The notes beneath the pieces were generated by a model. That model was not told where the DNA came from, searched no databases, and worked only from the letters and a program-made list of their open reading frames with translations. A DNA stretch of 64,000 bases from Vicugna vicugna (lineage: Eukaryota). Below, piece by piece: positions 39,690 to 54,770 of this stretch. Numbering within the stretch: the first letter of the stretch is position 1; the number at the start of each line of letters is the position of its first letter. Made by a program: the position numbers and the translations under genes. The stretch is taken from contig MU061579.1 of NCBI GenBank assembly GCA_013265495.1, forward strand, positions 4,550,327-4,614,326, written 5' to 3'.

Positions 39690-40087
39690 CTTGTGGAAGA
39701 TAAAGGATACAGAATGTAGGAGTAGGTAGGGGAAGACATCTAACTGTAAGACAGGTCTGACCCCTGTGAAAGGAGAGTATGAAGGAAAGAAGATTGACTA
39801 GGAAGGTCTCTGACAGCGGTGCAGCCATGAGAAAATCCTGGTTAGCACAACAGAGGACTAAGTGCTTAGACATCTTTCAAACGGTTCCATGTGGTCTGAA
39901 ATGTTGAGACCTTCTATCACCATGATGTTGAGTCATTGGAAAGGTACAATCATTCTGTTGTGCGCTAGGACACAAAAGCTGAGGAAGACCCTCAAAGCAC
40001 CTGCATCTGGAGACTCTGAGTTACCTTCCCTTCTTGCGATAGGTTTCCTTACCTTCAGAAAGGCACATAATAGAACGGCCGCCCCAT
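39690..40087 (-). mobile_element. LTR16-like (ERVL) LTR
   Basis: 'gacaggtctgacccctgtgaaaggagag..gaaggaaagaagattgactaggaaggtctctgacagcggtgcagc'. Confidence 0.65.
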
Positions 40088-40762
40088 GAAGTTTTCTAAT
40101 GTTAAGAAACAAAATTGTTATGGAAAAATACTAAATTATATCCCTTAAACAAATAGAGTGAAATATTCTCCAAAGAGTGCGACATTAAGTATTTTTAAAG
40201 TATACTAAATAATAATACTGGATTAAAGGCTTGTATTCATCCTCATTCGCTATTTGCCCTGATTTTTCTGTATGTATATATACTCAAAGATTTCATAAGC
40301 CCTAGTATTACTAGAAGTAGCAATCAACATTTATTATTCTTAGGACCCTACTTATCAACCTCATTTTCTCTAAGGGGGAAATTTTGGAAACTATATTTTT
40401 GTGTATATATTATTAACAAAATAGTTTGTGTGGTTTGTTCACTATAGTTAAGTTTTACAGCATGCTTTTCATTATCAGACCCTAAGAATTTTGTTGTAAT
40501 ATAGACTAGGAAAATTTTACCTTTGTAGTCATCAAAATAATTTAGCAGAGCTAAATAAAAAAATAATGTAGTTTCAATAACACTCCAAATGTGATATTTT
40601 ACAAAAGTAGTGTTGGCGTATGTAATATTTTGGGTTAAGCACAGTGTTGAGAGCACAAAAAAGTCAAGAATGAGTTCTTGAATAAGAAGTAATACTTATG
40701 TTTGTCAAATGTTCTATATTTGAAATTTAAAAGACTTACTGAAATGTTGCTTCATAGAAAAT

Positions 40763-41280
40763 TGGTAACCAAGTCCAAGCTCCTCCTGCTTGCTGCTTGA
40801 CAGGGCAATGAATCCAGAGGTAAGTTGTTGAAACAAGGAATAATGATCTTATTCAGAAAGCCAACAGACCAAGAAGATGGTTGACTCATGTCTCAAAGAA
40901 CCATCTTGCCTGGGTTTGGATTTAGTTTCTTTTATAGAGCAAAAGCAGAAGGAGAGTGAGGAGGTAAAGTAAAAGAGGTGATAAATTGTTGCACATGTCT
41001 CCTTGTTCTGCCAGATTCTGGCAGGGATGTGTTAATTTCTTTTTCTGCACTCATTCATAGGTGGGCCTGGTCAGGATGCTTCCTGTGAGCTTAAATAAAA
41101 GTATTTTAGCTTAATGCTCAGGCATGGGAGGCAGGGTTCCAGGGGATGGGTTGTTAGGTATACTTCAGTCTATAGGCAACATCCCTTTAGTTATTAACTT
41201 GTAGCAAAAGAATAGAATGCAGATGTTAAAGTAAAAAAAACAGATCCAACATGGAGTCAGATTTGGTCTTCCCTGTTACA
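40763..41280 (-). mobile_element. ERV1-class solo LTR
   Basis: TG...CA ends (tggtaacc...ctgttaca); perfect 4-bp TSD aaat at 40759-40762 and 41281-41284; minus-strand TATA-like site (ttttatag) and degenerate poly(A) signal. Confidence 0.85.
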
Positions 41281-41999
41281 AAATTAATATATACATGCAC
41301 ATGTACATATATGCAGGTATATGTGCATATATGTATGTGTATGAAGTTATGTGTGTATACATTCATAAGCAGTTACAAGTTATGCATTCATTCTCCATCC
41401 CTGGAAGTTGAGCTGGTTCAAGTGAGTTGGTTCACAAATGCTGAAACAACTACAATGGTTTTTTATTAGGTCTCTAGCTGTTTTTAAGAAGGATAGAAAC
41501 ATTACAAGTAAATTAGATTTTAAAAAATCATATATCTTTTCTATATTGGACTAGTTTTGAAAATGATTTATTTCCTTTTATGACTGTTCTTTAATTTTCA
41601 ATGTCTCTTTATATTTTGATTACAGTTTCTCAGGCTAATTCATGGACTCTTGAAAAGAAATACAAGATGATTTTTCTTTTATTCCTGGTTTCTGTCAAGT
41701 AGTAACTGATCTTTAAATAAATAATGAAGTGCACTGGTGGGATGACAATGGAAGAATTTAAAGAGAAAACCTCTTAACTGATTTAAGCTTTATTTTCATA
41801 TGCCATTATTTTTATTAACTGTGACATACTGAATCATATTTTAAGATTTAAACTGAAAGTTAACTTAATTTTATACTAATTTTTAACATTAAAATTATTA
41901 TAACTTTATTCAAAAACACATAAATGCACAAAATTATGTAAAAAAATAATATTTTGGCCCCACAGCTTTGCAAGATATCAACAATTCGACTTAATAAAT

Positions 42000-42900
42000 T
42001 TCAGCTTTTTTTTTTAGTTGTGAAAACACACTTTTGGCCAAGTCCCTGTAACATACCTCTCCCACTTTATCACAAGTATCTTCAAGTTGGTGTGAATATT
42101 CTAAAATTTGATATTTATGTATAACATAAACTGTGATAAATTGTATGCATATAATATATGCATACAAAATAATATGTAGGATTCATATTGCATATTTACA
42201 AAAATCAAATAATGCATTTCTTTACCTTGATGAAACATTCTTTCCTCCTTTAACCTGATGCTTTTGAAAATTATTACTTCATCTAGCTCTAGCCATTAAT
42301 CCATTGTTGTGTAATATTCCTTTGTATGAACTAATCACATTTGTTTTTCTTTTACCAGCAAATTGAATGTTTAGGCTGTTTTAGTGTGTTCATAATTACA
42401 TGTAAGTGTTACCATGGATAGTAATGGACACACCTTCTTCTGAACATGTGCAAGAGTTTCTCTATAATAAATTACTGAGCAGAAGCCTTGGTCATTCGTA
42501 ACTTTATTTCCAATTTTTCCCCAAGTTATGCTTACAGTCACAATATATTGTGTTTTATTTTTCCACTTTCCACCAGCACCTTCATGGTAGCCACCGTTTT
42601 GAATTGGATAACCCTATAGATGTAAAATTATTTTTCAGGATTGTTTTAAATAACATTTTTTAAAGTGAATGATTAGCTTGAGAATCTTTCATTTGTTTAT
42701 TGATTATTCAAGATTTCTCTCTATAGACTTTCCCATTTTTATATTGGCATGTTTTCTTATTCCTATGGATCTGTTGATGTGTTTTATACATTCTAGAGTT
42801 AAATTCTTTGTTGCTAGGTGCATATTATATGTTTTTCAGTCTGTGTTTTGTCTTTCTGTTTGCTTACATTATCTTTATCATTAAAATTTTTCATTTTGCT
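42000..42900 (-). mobile_element. Old L1ME-like 3' fragment
   Basis: 'gtaatattcctttgtatgaa', 'tgaacatgtgcaagagtttctcta', 'tgagaatctttcatttgtttattga'. Confidence 0.65.
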
Positions 42901-43289
42901 GTGGACATTTTTATCAGCATTTTCTTTAGGCAGCTGTGTAAATATTGTTATACCCATGAAAATGTAAGCTACATGACTGAAGAGTATTTGTCAGTAATGT
43001 TTACTATTGTACCCTTAGTGCCTAGGAGAACTTAGGACAAATAGGAAGAATTGAATAAAAATGTGTTTAATTAACACTTTAATCAGATTTCTTCCTATCT
43101 TAGAGTCATTAAGAAATATTTCAACTAATGAATAATGATTATTCAGAGGTTATGTTTAAATATCTTGTGATAGTAAGTCTTCCACCCTCTGTTGATAGAT
43201 GTGTGAATGGGTTGTGGAATGCTTTCAAATTTAAGGTAGTTGTCATGTTTACCCTACCTTTTTTTTTTCTGCTGGGCCCCTTCTTCTGT

Positions 43290-43940
43290 TCTCTGCACAT
43301 GCACACAGCTTCCTTATTAGCCAAAATAATATGTAGACTGCTTGACTGTTTGGGTCCTCTTTTGTACTGTGCCTGTGCACATAGTTATCCACTCAGTAAT
43401 GTGCAGGGAGATTATCGAGTCACTCTGTTACTGCTTCATTTATAAGATCTCTCTTTTATTTATTCATACTTTCCTATTTTAGTGGTCCATTGCTCCTCCC
43501 AACTAGGATACAACTAGCTGATCTGGTGGACTTCTTTCTTTGCTCGCTACTGAAATTGTGACTCTGACTGACATCATTCCTGGGTATGATTATTTGTTTT
43601 CTGGTCGAAATCAAGCAGGTAACCTTCATGAGTAGAGTGGTTGGCTTCCATGGTCTGTCGCCCTTCTAGAACTGCTGTGTTGACTAAGCTGGGAGTAATG
43701 AGAGCAGAATGTTAAAGAATCGCACAGATGCCCACTGTTTGTTCAGTCATTTTGCATATTTAAATGCTCCTCAGTTGGTGGTATTCATTTGGTTAATACC
43801 CAAATGCTTGCAACATGTTGTTTTGTTTTGCTTTGTTTCTGAGATTTTTTTCCTCAGTTTATAATTGTTTTTTTAGGGAAAGTTTTTATAGTCTGTATAA
43901 TGTTTCTAATTTTTTTTTTTACCATACCAAAAGTTCCTCT
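43290..43940 (-). mobile_element. Old L1M 5'-region fragment
   Basis: 'taaatgctcctcagttgg..cattggttaata', 'ttttcctcagtttataattgttt', 'accataccaaaagtt'. Confidence 0.45.
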
Positions 43941-46900
43941 CTGCTTGTGATATTGTTAAAAATTAATTTTATCTCGGAGTTACTAAGCCACATTAGTGAA
44001 ATAAATTGTACTCTAAGCATACAATACTATATCAGAATGCTAATTTCTAAAAGAGAATTTTTTTTCTCACCTAAAATTCTGTAAGAGGGAAGCTTATGTA
44101 TCTCTTACTGGGGATGTGATTTATCTGTGTTTACAATGGTTTACAATGGCTTTCTTTATCTTACCTTATGCTAATCTCCCCAGCCCTCATATTTTTATGA
44201 CTCCATTGCCATCTAATATCAACCTTTGCATATAATTCCCTTCTGCCTGTAATATTTTTTCCTTAAGATATCTTCTTGATATTTTTCTACCATCTAATCC
44301 TAGCTCCAATGTCATTGTTTCAGTAAGCTTATCTAATCACCTACTGTATTGTCACATGTCTCTGATAACTTATTTCTTGTTCATGGGTAAGTATTAATAC
44401 CCATGCCTTTTTTTTAGCACAAGCTCAATATCTCATTGTATCCATTCCTCTGGATCATAGAGTCTCTTTAACTTTGGAAACCTGGAGATTTATCACTGAC
44501 TTGTAAGGATAGTCACATTTCTTTTTAATATATTTTGTTATGCTTTACTACCATTTTTGTGTTGTGAGTCATATTTCTAGAGCACAAATTTCATAATATA
44601 GTTTTTTGCTTTGCCTAAAGCATGAGATACATCATAAACAGCATTTTTAAGGTTTTCCTGGGAACTAGCTATAAAATTTTACATTTCAAGAAAGGAAGTA
44701 AAGAAATCAGTTAATGGAAGATATTTATTCCATCAAGTATTAAACTCATGTGACAAAACACTTTGGGTTATATTGGGATTAAAACTAGTGGCTGCCAATC
44801 AACTATCAATGAACAGTTTACATAATTACAGTCTCTGGGTTACTATTCACAAGCTAAACATTTAAATCTAGGCATTACTATATGTTATTTTAAGAAGACA
44901 AAATTATGATGACTTATTCTACACAAAAAAATCAGTCTGAAAATTGGTCATGATGAAAAGAAGCAATAGAAAGAACAAAGCTAACTTGTTTTTGGGTACT
45001 GAGCATCTATGGAATACTTTATATAATTATGGTTGGAATATTTTTAAAGTACAGTAACAAAAATTATTCAATAAAAGCAACATTTTTTTTTAACTTGTTA
45101 GGAAGTAGTTCCAAAGAAATCAGACTAAGATGATCAGAATCCTTACGAAAGAAAGAAAAAGCCTAAGAGGAAAAAAACAAATCAGTCTGTAAAACCATTA
45201 GGATGCTTTACTGCCAAGTGAAGCAACTTTGAGTTTACTAATCTCAATGCCTAGTTTAAGGAATACAACTTGATGCTTGATAGGTTATAATTGGGTGAAA
45301 AGGATGGTAAGTTAAAAGAGCTGGGGCAATTTCATAGACTTCTTGGTATAGTTTAAGGATAAAAGACATTAAACACCCATTTTTAGTTACTATATCAAAA
45401 TAGTCATTGAGGAAAATATTATCCTACTTTCAGAACTTAGAAATTCAGGAATGTAATAACTTTGAAATCTATCTAGCCTATCAGTCTAATTATTTTTAAT
45501 TAATTCATTCATTTTTTTTGGTCCAATTATTAACAGGATAGTCCCAAGCTGTATGGTTTATAATGATGGTTCATTACAGCATCACTGAAATTTTAATATA
45601 TATACGCATGATACTGCAATATTTGAGCATTTATTTGTTGTGGCTATAGCCCCACAGAAAGAAATATTCTATGTCATAGGCAGTTTTACAGAATAGAAAT
45701 GTATCTATGAAAGACATGAAATCTTAATTCTTGGGAAACAAAGGTGTAGCCAAGAGCTAGGGGATCTCTTTGTGAGTTTGAAATTCCTTGATTTATATAG
45801 GTCCTGGAATTGGCTTATTTTAGGATATCAACTTTTAAAGGAGGAATCTAAGGACTATCACAAGGATAAATGATTACAAAGATAAGCAGATCATGAGAAC
45901 TAGAAATTTACTATTTTTCAGTCATATTACTTGACTCTATTTTTGTCTGATTCTGAATAACTGATTTAAACCAAAGACCTATCTGAGAGATAACATGGCT
46001 TTGCCTCCAGCCATGAGAGTGTGATATTAGCATGCAAGAAAAGGGTAAGGTTATTAGCACAGTGCTGGGCAAAGGCCACCCACCTGAAAGTGCGTTTAGA
46101 GAAAATGTTTCAACTAATACTCCATTTTAATTGCCAGCTGAGGAACTATTGAAGATATAGTATTTTCCTGTTTTCTTTGGTTGATATACTTGATGCATGC
46201 CACTTGTATTTTAGATCAAAGATGGAGATTGAAGCATTATCATTGTACTTACTTTCCAAAGAAGTATCAGTGAGAAATATTAATCTTAGGTGTTAAAAGT
46301 ATAATTCTGCCACTTTGAAAGTTATATATGTATTCATATAATCCTCTAAAAATTAGGGAGAAGAAATAATAAATGGAGTTTTCAGATAAAAATGCCTCCC
46401 ACTATTATGGGCATGGAAGTATAGCAATGGTTTTTCTTGGCATGTTAATAAAGGTATTATGAATTGTTGATATATACTTTATTCTTGAAAATTGCTAGCT
46501 TTTATAATTAAAATACTCTGATAATAGGGTTTCAGACTGGCATTATATTAGACATAAAACAATACAAAAATGAACATAATGTAAAGCATCATTAGATTAC
46601 CACTCTCTAAAGTTAGCTAATGGAACCCTAAGACATATTCCTTTAATTAAAATACTAAATAGAACAACACCCTGTGCACCTTAATATAATCAACAAATTT
46701 TTGTGGGAAATGAGGTCTGCTCATCTGGTTTTGCACTCTATACTGAAAAAATAAAGTAAGATACTTTTAATCAAATTGTACATGTATTATTCTATTTACT
46801 AAAATAATTTAGAAATGCAAAAATACATATACCACGTATCAGTGTATATTTCCTTTTGCATAATCCGGCCAATCTGGTGTGTATTAGAAAAGAAAAAAAT

Positions 46901-47734
46901 AGCTTAAATATTCTTGATGGATCATCAATCCAAAGTAGCAAAAGGAGCCTTGACCCTCCTGTCCTAATAAAAACAATGTTGCAAAACACTCAAAGAGACA
47001 GTGATCTGATGCATTACTACTCTGTGTCCTCTTGTTTCCTACCAGACCCAGGATGAGTTTGATCAAGTTTCTGTGCTTGCCATTCAATACCTTATAAAAC
47101 GTGGCACAGAGACCCTGTGATGATGATCTCTTCATGGGGTTCTCAAATTCCAGATTTCAATCATCTTTTCCTAGGGAGAGCTAAACTAAGGAAGCTTTGC
47201 TTGTTCTGTATTCACCAAACCCTAACCTGGAAGTAGATAAAAATTAAGTTATTCATGCAGTTTTCACCAAATAGAATACATTGCTTCTGGCTTGAATTAG
47301 GTAGAATGGAGTTTGGATTAGAATGGTTACATAATTTCTTTTGATAAAGCTTATCCCTGGAATTTGGTCTGCACTAGTTGCTAAAGTAGGAAGAATCCAA
47401 TAGAACCATTAAACAGATAATAGTTTTATTTACTGTCAGTGAATTATGAGTCAAAAATTAGAAACAAATTACCAAAAATATTACCTACATGTTGAAAATC
47501 TTAGTTATGCAAACTTTAAACTTTGGAATAGATCATATAGGGTAAACCAAAAGAGTAATGCCAATTATAATCATCATGAAAAATAATAAGAAATATATAT
47601 TTACAAAACCCTGATGACCTTATCTATAGATTTTTCTGAATCTTAATTTTCAGAGGCTTCTAGTTCCTTTCTTACTAAGTGGCAGAGTAAAAAGTTAATT
47701 TTAATTAAGAAAAGAAAGTCTTAAACAGAGATAT

Positions 47735-47910
47735 TAATGTAAGAAAGAGACCATGAGCTTTGAAATCAGACAAATCTTTCATTCTCAGTTTAGTTACTTA
47801 AGAGCAGTGATCTTGATAAATTCCTTTATGTTCCATTTTCCTCTTTCATTATTTGCAATAACAACAATAATACTTACTGTTCAGAGTTGTAAATATTGGA
47901 TAAAATATAC
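47735..47910 (+). mobile_element. MIR SINE (degenerate)
   Basis: 'catgagctttgaaatcagaca...gttacttaagagcagtgatcttgataaattc...caataatacttactgttcagagttgt'. Confidence 0.55.
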
Positions 47911-50900
47911 ATTAGATTTTTGCCTATTGCTTTAAATGTGCATCCCCAGTCGATGACAGTGTTTTCAGTACAAGTTAAAAAGAATGTTGACAAATATATA
48001 AGTCCTAAAACATATTTTTAAACCACCAGTGACTGTAGCAATTTTTTCACACTATACCCCTGAATACCTAACCAATCATTTTATTTTATTCTTTTCTTCT
48101 GAAAAAAATCTTTATCATTTCTTTGAAATTCTATTGAACTATTATTGTTAATTTTAATTTACTCATTACTTCCTTAAATTTTAAACTCCATGAAATGACT
48201 TCCACGTACATCTTTTTCTAAAATAACTACTTAAGTCTCTTGGGCACAATAGGTATTTAACAATTATTTGTTAATTTCAACGATACTATATTTATAATGT
48301 TTTCATGGTGTAGTTTTTAGGCATTCAGTGATAATTTTGGCAGAGAAATACTTGTTAAATTCATAACTTTTGATCATTAGACTTTGGGTGATTTTGCTGA
48401 GTCTGAAAATATGAATTTAAAAAAAAAATGGAAATGAATACCAAGCACCTCTTATTTACAGGAGAAAATAAAAGCATACATGGATCAAAATAAAATGTAA
48501 GCTAGTTTTATTGTGTCCTCAAACTGAATTGATGACAGTAATTTTATATTACATAATAACTATCTTCTATTAATGCACAATATCATGTTTAGCACAAACA
48601 TCATATGCTAGTGTATTTTTCTTTCTTCTTTGTATAACTTGGTTGCAAGTCTTTATGTTTCACGTAACCACAGGGAATGGTTTTCTTTCATTTTGGATCT
48701 CTGATATAGAGCAAATATACATTTTCTGAGAACATTAAAGAGTTTTCATTAGGATGCAGAAATTTCTACTTTCTTGAAAATATTCAAAATAAAAATTTTT
48801 AATCAATTACCACATATTAGTGATTTAATTGCTTTCCAAATAAGATACTAATTCATGATAAGCTTGTTATATATTTTCTGTGTTTTACAAAATCACGTTT
48901 TTTATGGTGCATATTTATGGGTAAATGAGATCTAAATATTGGGAACGTTTTGTTGTTATTGTTGTTGTTCAGTTTAACAGGCTAAATAATGCATGCCAGG
49001 GTAAAATGCAATATATATATTAAACCATTAATTGATTTAACAGTAATATGAACTAGTTTACAAATAATATGAGCTATTTATAAGTTGTTAAACTCATGAG
49101 GAGACACTATCTGGATTTGTATGGTATAGGTATGCAATTTATCATATATTCCACATCCCAGCCTACGCTGATTTCAGTTGCCCTTCTCCCTCAATTTTTC
49201 TCACTCACTTCTATGGCATAAATTTTCTCTAAGTCTTATCTAAATTTCTCTCTCTTATTCTTCTATAATCTACACGTAATTTTTCAAGTCTTATCCATGT
49301 TCTTTTATTTAAGGACTTTAAAAATACCTCCCCAAAACAATGTTAATACATAGTTAATAGAAATTACCCCCAATTCTCAAGCCAATAACTCCTTATTACT
49401 TCTTTTTTTTTTTGCTAATGCTTTCACAATTGTCCTAATTTCTGTTCAGATGACATGTAGTCAATTATCAAGCTGACTTAATTCTGCAATTTATTTATTC
49501 CTTTGTTCATGCAGCAAGAATGTATTGTTCCTGCTGAAGTAAGATGTGTGCAAATGGCTGATAACATTCTCAATACATTGTTGATAATATAATAACACTT
49601 TCTTTCCATTTTGTTGGGTGTGAGTGCTCTCAGATTATGTGGTAGGGATCTAGCATTCCTTGGACAGCCTCCAGAACACTCAGTAATGTTACAACAGGAA
49701 GTCTATGTTGACAGGTCAGTACAGCAGAATCTGCTCTTTCCTGGTGTCCCAAGCTTGTACCAGCTTCCATCTGTCTTGTTCCAGAAAGTTTGAGCCTGCC
49801 TAATCCTTATGCTTTGGTACAGTAGTTCTAGTATACCAGTGAGTGGTGTGATTATAAGATTTATTGTCCACATAGAGATACTATTGACTATGAAAGCAGT
49901 AAAAACACTTAAAATGAGTAATTTTTGAATGTTTGCTTCTTAAATGGCAAATTGGTTTTAGTATATTGGAAAACCTAAACATAATTATATTCTAAAATAA
50001 ATTATTGAAAACATTTCTAAAAGTAAAACCATATACACAAACATTAAATAAAAACCTTATTTATATTGATTTCTCAACATTAACATAAGAAGAAAAAGTT
50101 CTGATATATATATGTATCTATTCCTAATATTTAGTCACTAATAGTTTTCTCAGGAATATATTTTTCAATGTGGTGCAGAATATAAAGTTATCAAACTAAA
50201 AACAGGAAATCCATCAGAAGATTGTTTCTATAAATTAAGGTACTTAAAAAAAACATGTAATGGCTCAAAATTAAAGACTGTATACATTTTGATTCATATC
50301 ATTATTTAATTTGTTTATATCCTCCCTTATTTGCAAAGATAGATTTCTAAGTGTATTTTGCATGAGTTATTTTAAATCATTCCAATTTTTTGAGAACTTC
50401 AAAACTGGATTGTTGTTGTTATTTCATTCATTATTGCTATGATTAACAATTCCCAAATACTTTGGAAATGTAATCTCAGTTTATAAGGCTTATTTGCATA
50501 AATCTTTTATTTTATAGTAGATCATGTTTGTTGATTTGCTAAGTAGTTCCTCCAAGGCCAAACATTTTTAATTGATAAATAGTAAAGAGTAAAATTGCTA
50601 ATTGCCATGCTGAATAGTTTTTTTTTGTTTTCTATATCAGATTTGTATACTATATATAATATTTATATACTATATATAACTTATTTTGTGAGTGTTTAAA
50701 AACATTTGTAAAATTTGACAGCTGTGGATTTTTATTCAGTATTATATTTTCACATCAAAACCAACTTCAAGTACATTCTTGTTCCATCAATACTTAATTT
50801 AGTAAGATTATTATTTTGCTGTGATACCATGCTTCAAATTTATATTCATAGTAATTTGCAAAACCAAGTAATTTTAATTTCAGTGTTGACCTGTGTTATC

Positions 50901-51056
50901 AAAAGAGTGTTACCAAAACATTTGGCCACATTATCAAATGAGAAGTTATTGTATACTTATTACATTTATAAAATGACAAACCTCTGCAGTAGAAATAGAC
51001 AACTTTCTATAAAATATAGGAATTGAACTCAATTTCAACATAATTTTTCTAGATAG

Positions 51057-51517
51057 TGTCTACTGAAAAAAAAAAGCACACCATGAAAGCTATGAGTTCA
51101 GTTTTATTGGGCACTTACTGAGAACTATAGGCCAGGAGACAGCCTCTCAAATAGCTATGAGGAACTGCTCCAAAGAGGTAAAGGGGGACGTCAGTATAGA
51201 TATGCTTCTGGTGGAAGGGGAACATGAAATCAAGCACACATCTTGGTAGAAGGTTACTGATAGTCATGAGGAGCAGATGTCTCTGTTAATTAGTTTAGAT
51301 AAGATTTTACTGCTTTTCTAGGTATGAGAAGATGCAAGAAATTGATCTCACTATCTGAAGGCCTATTCTGCCAGTTTTCTCCAGAGCACAGAGTGTGCCT
51401 CATTCCTGATCTCTGCCCTGAACACCTTTCAGGGTGTGTTAAAGGTCAGTGACTGCAGTAGCTAGTGGCTTCATCCTCGTAGAACCAGACAGTGGGTGAC
51501 AAATTTAGCTGTCAACA
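51057..51517 (-). mobile_element. ERV solo LTR (MER41-like architecture)
   Basis: tgtctactgaaaa...gtcaaca ends; minus-strand AATAAA (ttttatt near 51102); 'ggagacagcctctcaaatagctatgaggaactgctccaaagagg'. Confidence 0.8.
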
Positions 51518-51749
51518 GCTAAAACAGCACCTATCTTATCATTTCTAGAAGTTGCTTAATTTAGATATTACGTTCTTCAGAACATAACTCTTGATCATAA
51601 GTTCCCATATTTTCTCTTTTCTAACCAACTTTTCCCCTATAATCCCTGATTTCAAACCAAACTAAAATTTTCTTATTCTTTGAAAAAAGTGAGCCCTTTT
51701 ATTGTCCTCCTTCTTTATCTCATCAACTCATTTCCAACATTAATTCATA

Positions 51750-52100
51750 TTATGGACTGAATGCTCCCAACATTCATATATTAAATCCTAATACCAAATT
51801 TAATATTTGAAGGTGGGGTATTTAGGAGGTAATTAATCATGTGGGTGGAGGCCTCATGAATGGGATTAGTGCCCTTGTAAAGAGGCCCTAGAGATCTCCT
51901 TCACCTTTTGCACCATCTGACAACACAGCAGTAACACATTTGTCTATGAACCAGTACTGGGACACCATCAGACAACATATATCTGCTGATGCCTTAATCT
52001 GGGACTTCCCAGCCTCCAGACTGTGAACAATAAATTAATGTTGTTTATAAACTACCCAGTCTATGGCATTCTGTTATAGCAGCCTACACAGACTAAGACA
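51750..52100 (+). mobile_element. MLT1A/MLT1A0-type MaLR solo LTR
   Basis: 'tatggactgaatg...catgaatgggattagtgccctt...gacttcccagcctccagactgtgaacaataaat...gttatagcagcctacacagactaagaca'; TSD tcata. Confidence 0.9.
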
Positions 52101-53349
52101 TCATACTTTCTCTACTATCATTCCTCTGCAAAAAAACATGAACCTGAATTCAACACAAAAATTTCTAGCTTTTACCTTTATCTTTGTAGTTCAACTCCCA
52201 TACATCTCTCAGAACATATATCCATGTTCAACTTATCTTGAAAATTAGTGTGGTGAGAAACCACACATTACTTCCCTTTACACATTACTTCCCTTCACAC
52301 ATTAAAATTCTATCCATGTTTACAGCTATGTTTCCTTGCTTAGAATTCAGTGGAAACAGAACTCCTCCTCTTACTAATGGCCTGTTACTATATTTATTCT
52401 CTGACTCTATTGGCTTCTATTTCCTCAATTTATTTATCTTCTATCTTATCTTTTCTTCTTGGTTAGACAAGACATATTAATAGAAATAATAACAAGTTTT
52501 AATAAATAATTTCATCAACTCTATATTTCTCAATATCTAGCTCTTACCCATATCAGCCTTCCTTCTAGAACTGAGCTTCCAAAATGAGTATATTTTCTTG
52601 CTCATCTCCCACTTACCTTTCCCAGTGCTTCCCCGAATCTACTGGCATTGTTCAACAATGGCATATTATTAACCAACATATTTTTAGTCATTATTCAGCA
52701 TACATAGCCAGGGACACTGTTGACCTTTCCCAACTTCTTAAATTTTTCTATTTCTTTGGGTGGCTTCATTCTCTTTGATGACTCATTATTAACTGCTGTT
52801 GCAAAATATTTATTTGCATTTCCAGTGGTGAAGAGTCTGAGAATTTCAAAAGACCCTGAATGATTAAGTAGGATAAAGGATTAAAACTGTTCATTGGGTT
52901 TGTTATAAGGGTAATGTTGATATCTTGACAGCTGCCTATTCACTAGTGGTAAGTAGAAATCATATTGAAACCATTCAAAGGGGAAATGCAAAATTAAAAT
53001 ATGTGGATCATTTCAAGAAATTGACTATTAATTGGAGGCGATCAATAGGACTGTTGATAATGGGTATTTAGGGTCAAAGGAAGTTTGTTCATACACATAT
53101 ATATGTACATATATATAATTCAGTTGTAAACTTATTGTTTTATAATTGTATCACTTTGGAATGCTTAAATTCCTAAAAGAAGAAATGAGCTAATTGATTC
53201 TAATGAAAACTGAGCTAATGAGATTCTTATCTAGAAGACCATGGATAATCTTAAACTTCCTACTTTCCTTTGCTATATCCTTTGCCTTTTGGTTTTTAAT
53301 GACAGTCAATGGCTCAAATCTTGGTACGTTCTAATACACTTAGTGCCTT

Positions 53350-54770
53350 AGTATCTAAAATACAAAACTAACCAACTCATAAAACCTGTCATTAAGTCCT
53401 CATTGACTTTGGAATAAAATACAAATTCCTCAGCATGACATAAGGTGTCCTTCATTAATGAACCCTTTACTAACACTTCAGACCTACATTTTTACCGCCT
53501 TGCCTTCACACATGCCTTCTGAAGTGTATCTGTAGATGACCATGTATGCTGAGCTTCAGAAACATTGATATAAGCTTTTTATTCTGCCTGAACATCTTTC
53601 TTTCCCTCTTCACCAGTTTAGTTCATGTTTTTAGAATTCAGATCATTCATTTATTCGCTAAGTATTTGTCATGAATATATGAAGCACCATAATAAGTGCT
53701 GGTGACACAACAAATAAATAGATGTTTTATATAAATAATATTTACTATACAATATTACTTATATTATTTATATTTATTTTCTATTGATTAAATAGATGTT
53801 GACTTTCCTAGAATATCCACAATAAGAAGGGATATATCCCTTCTTATAATATTGACTTAATGAGTCAACATTTATTAAACCAATAATTAGAAAATAAATA
53901 CAAAAATACAGCATTATTAAAATCAGATAACATTACAGAATACCACAGAAGAGTATAGCAAAATGCCTTAGCAATTTGGGAAAGTTCAAAACAGTAATCT
54001 AGGAATCAAAATCATATTTAATATGAAACTTGATGACTGAGAAGCAAATTCAAAGTGGAAAGGCTATGAAAAAAGCACTACAAGAGAATCTAGGTATTTC
54101 AAAGATGAAACAAGACCTTTGAGCATTAGAGAAATATTCAGAGGCTGAGTGCCTCAAAAAATTAATCAGGAGAAAGGGTAGCATGAATTTAGACTAAAGA
54201 TATAAACCAGGGCATAATTATGCAAGAGTTTATAAGCCATGATAAAAAGTAAAATAAGGTTGTTCTTTAAGATCAGAGGAAAATTTTCTATATGCTTTTA
54301 AGCAAATGTGTGACATGATCAGGTATAAATTCTTAAAACATAATTTGAAATGTTGCCTGGAGAACAGAGAGACTACAGACATGCAGGAGTGAATGCAGGG
54401 AGACTGATTAGGAGGTTATTACAGGCTTCAGATAAGAAGTGATGATGAGTTGAACCAGGATGTTGGGAGTGAAGATGGAAAAAAGAGGCTGCCTCAATAT
54501 TTTAGTAGAGCTTTATATTTTATTTGATAGTGGAGATAAGGGAGAGGAAATCAAATATTATTTCCTCCAGGATGTCTACCTCTAATCTAGGTTAGTGCCC
54601 ATTTATATGCATTTTAGGCTTACCTCAGTCTTAGAAGTGGCCAAATTTTATTGTCAGTATTCTTTTATCTTTCTTCTTCTAAGCATATAAACTATTGAGG
54701 GCAAAAATGTATCCTTCTTTTACCTCTGTATTTTCAGTGTCAAATACAATGGGTAACTATTTTTTATTGG
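53350..54770. mobile_element. L2 LINE fragments in both orientations
   Basis: 'ggaataaaatacaaattcctcagcatgaca', 'cattcatttattcgctaagtattt', 'gacatgatcagg..', 'gagactgattaggaggttattacag', 'aactattgagggcaaaaa'. Confidence 0.7.

Noticed and set aside
47020..47135. Possible terminal exon (TQDEFDQVSVLAIQYLIKRGTETL*) or a snoRNA C box (tgtgatga)
   Set aside because: The peptide is unrecognised, and there is no suitably placed D box or terminal stem.
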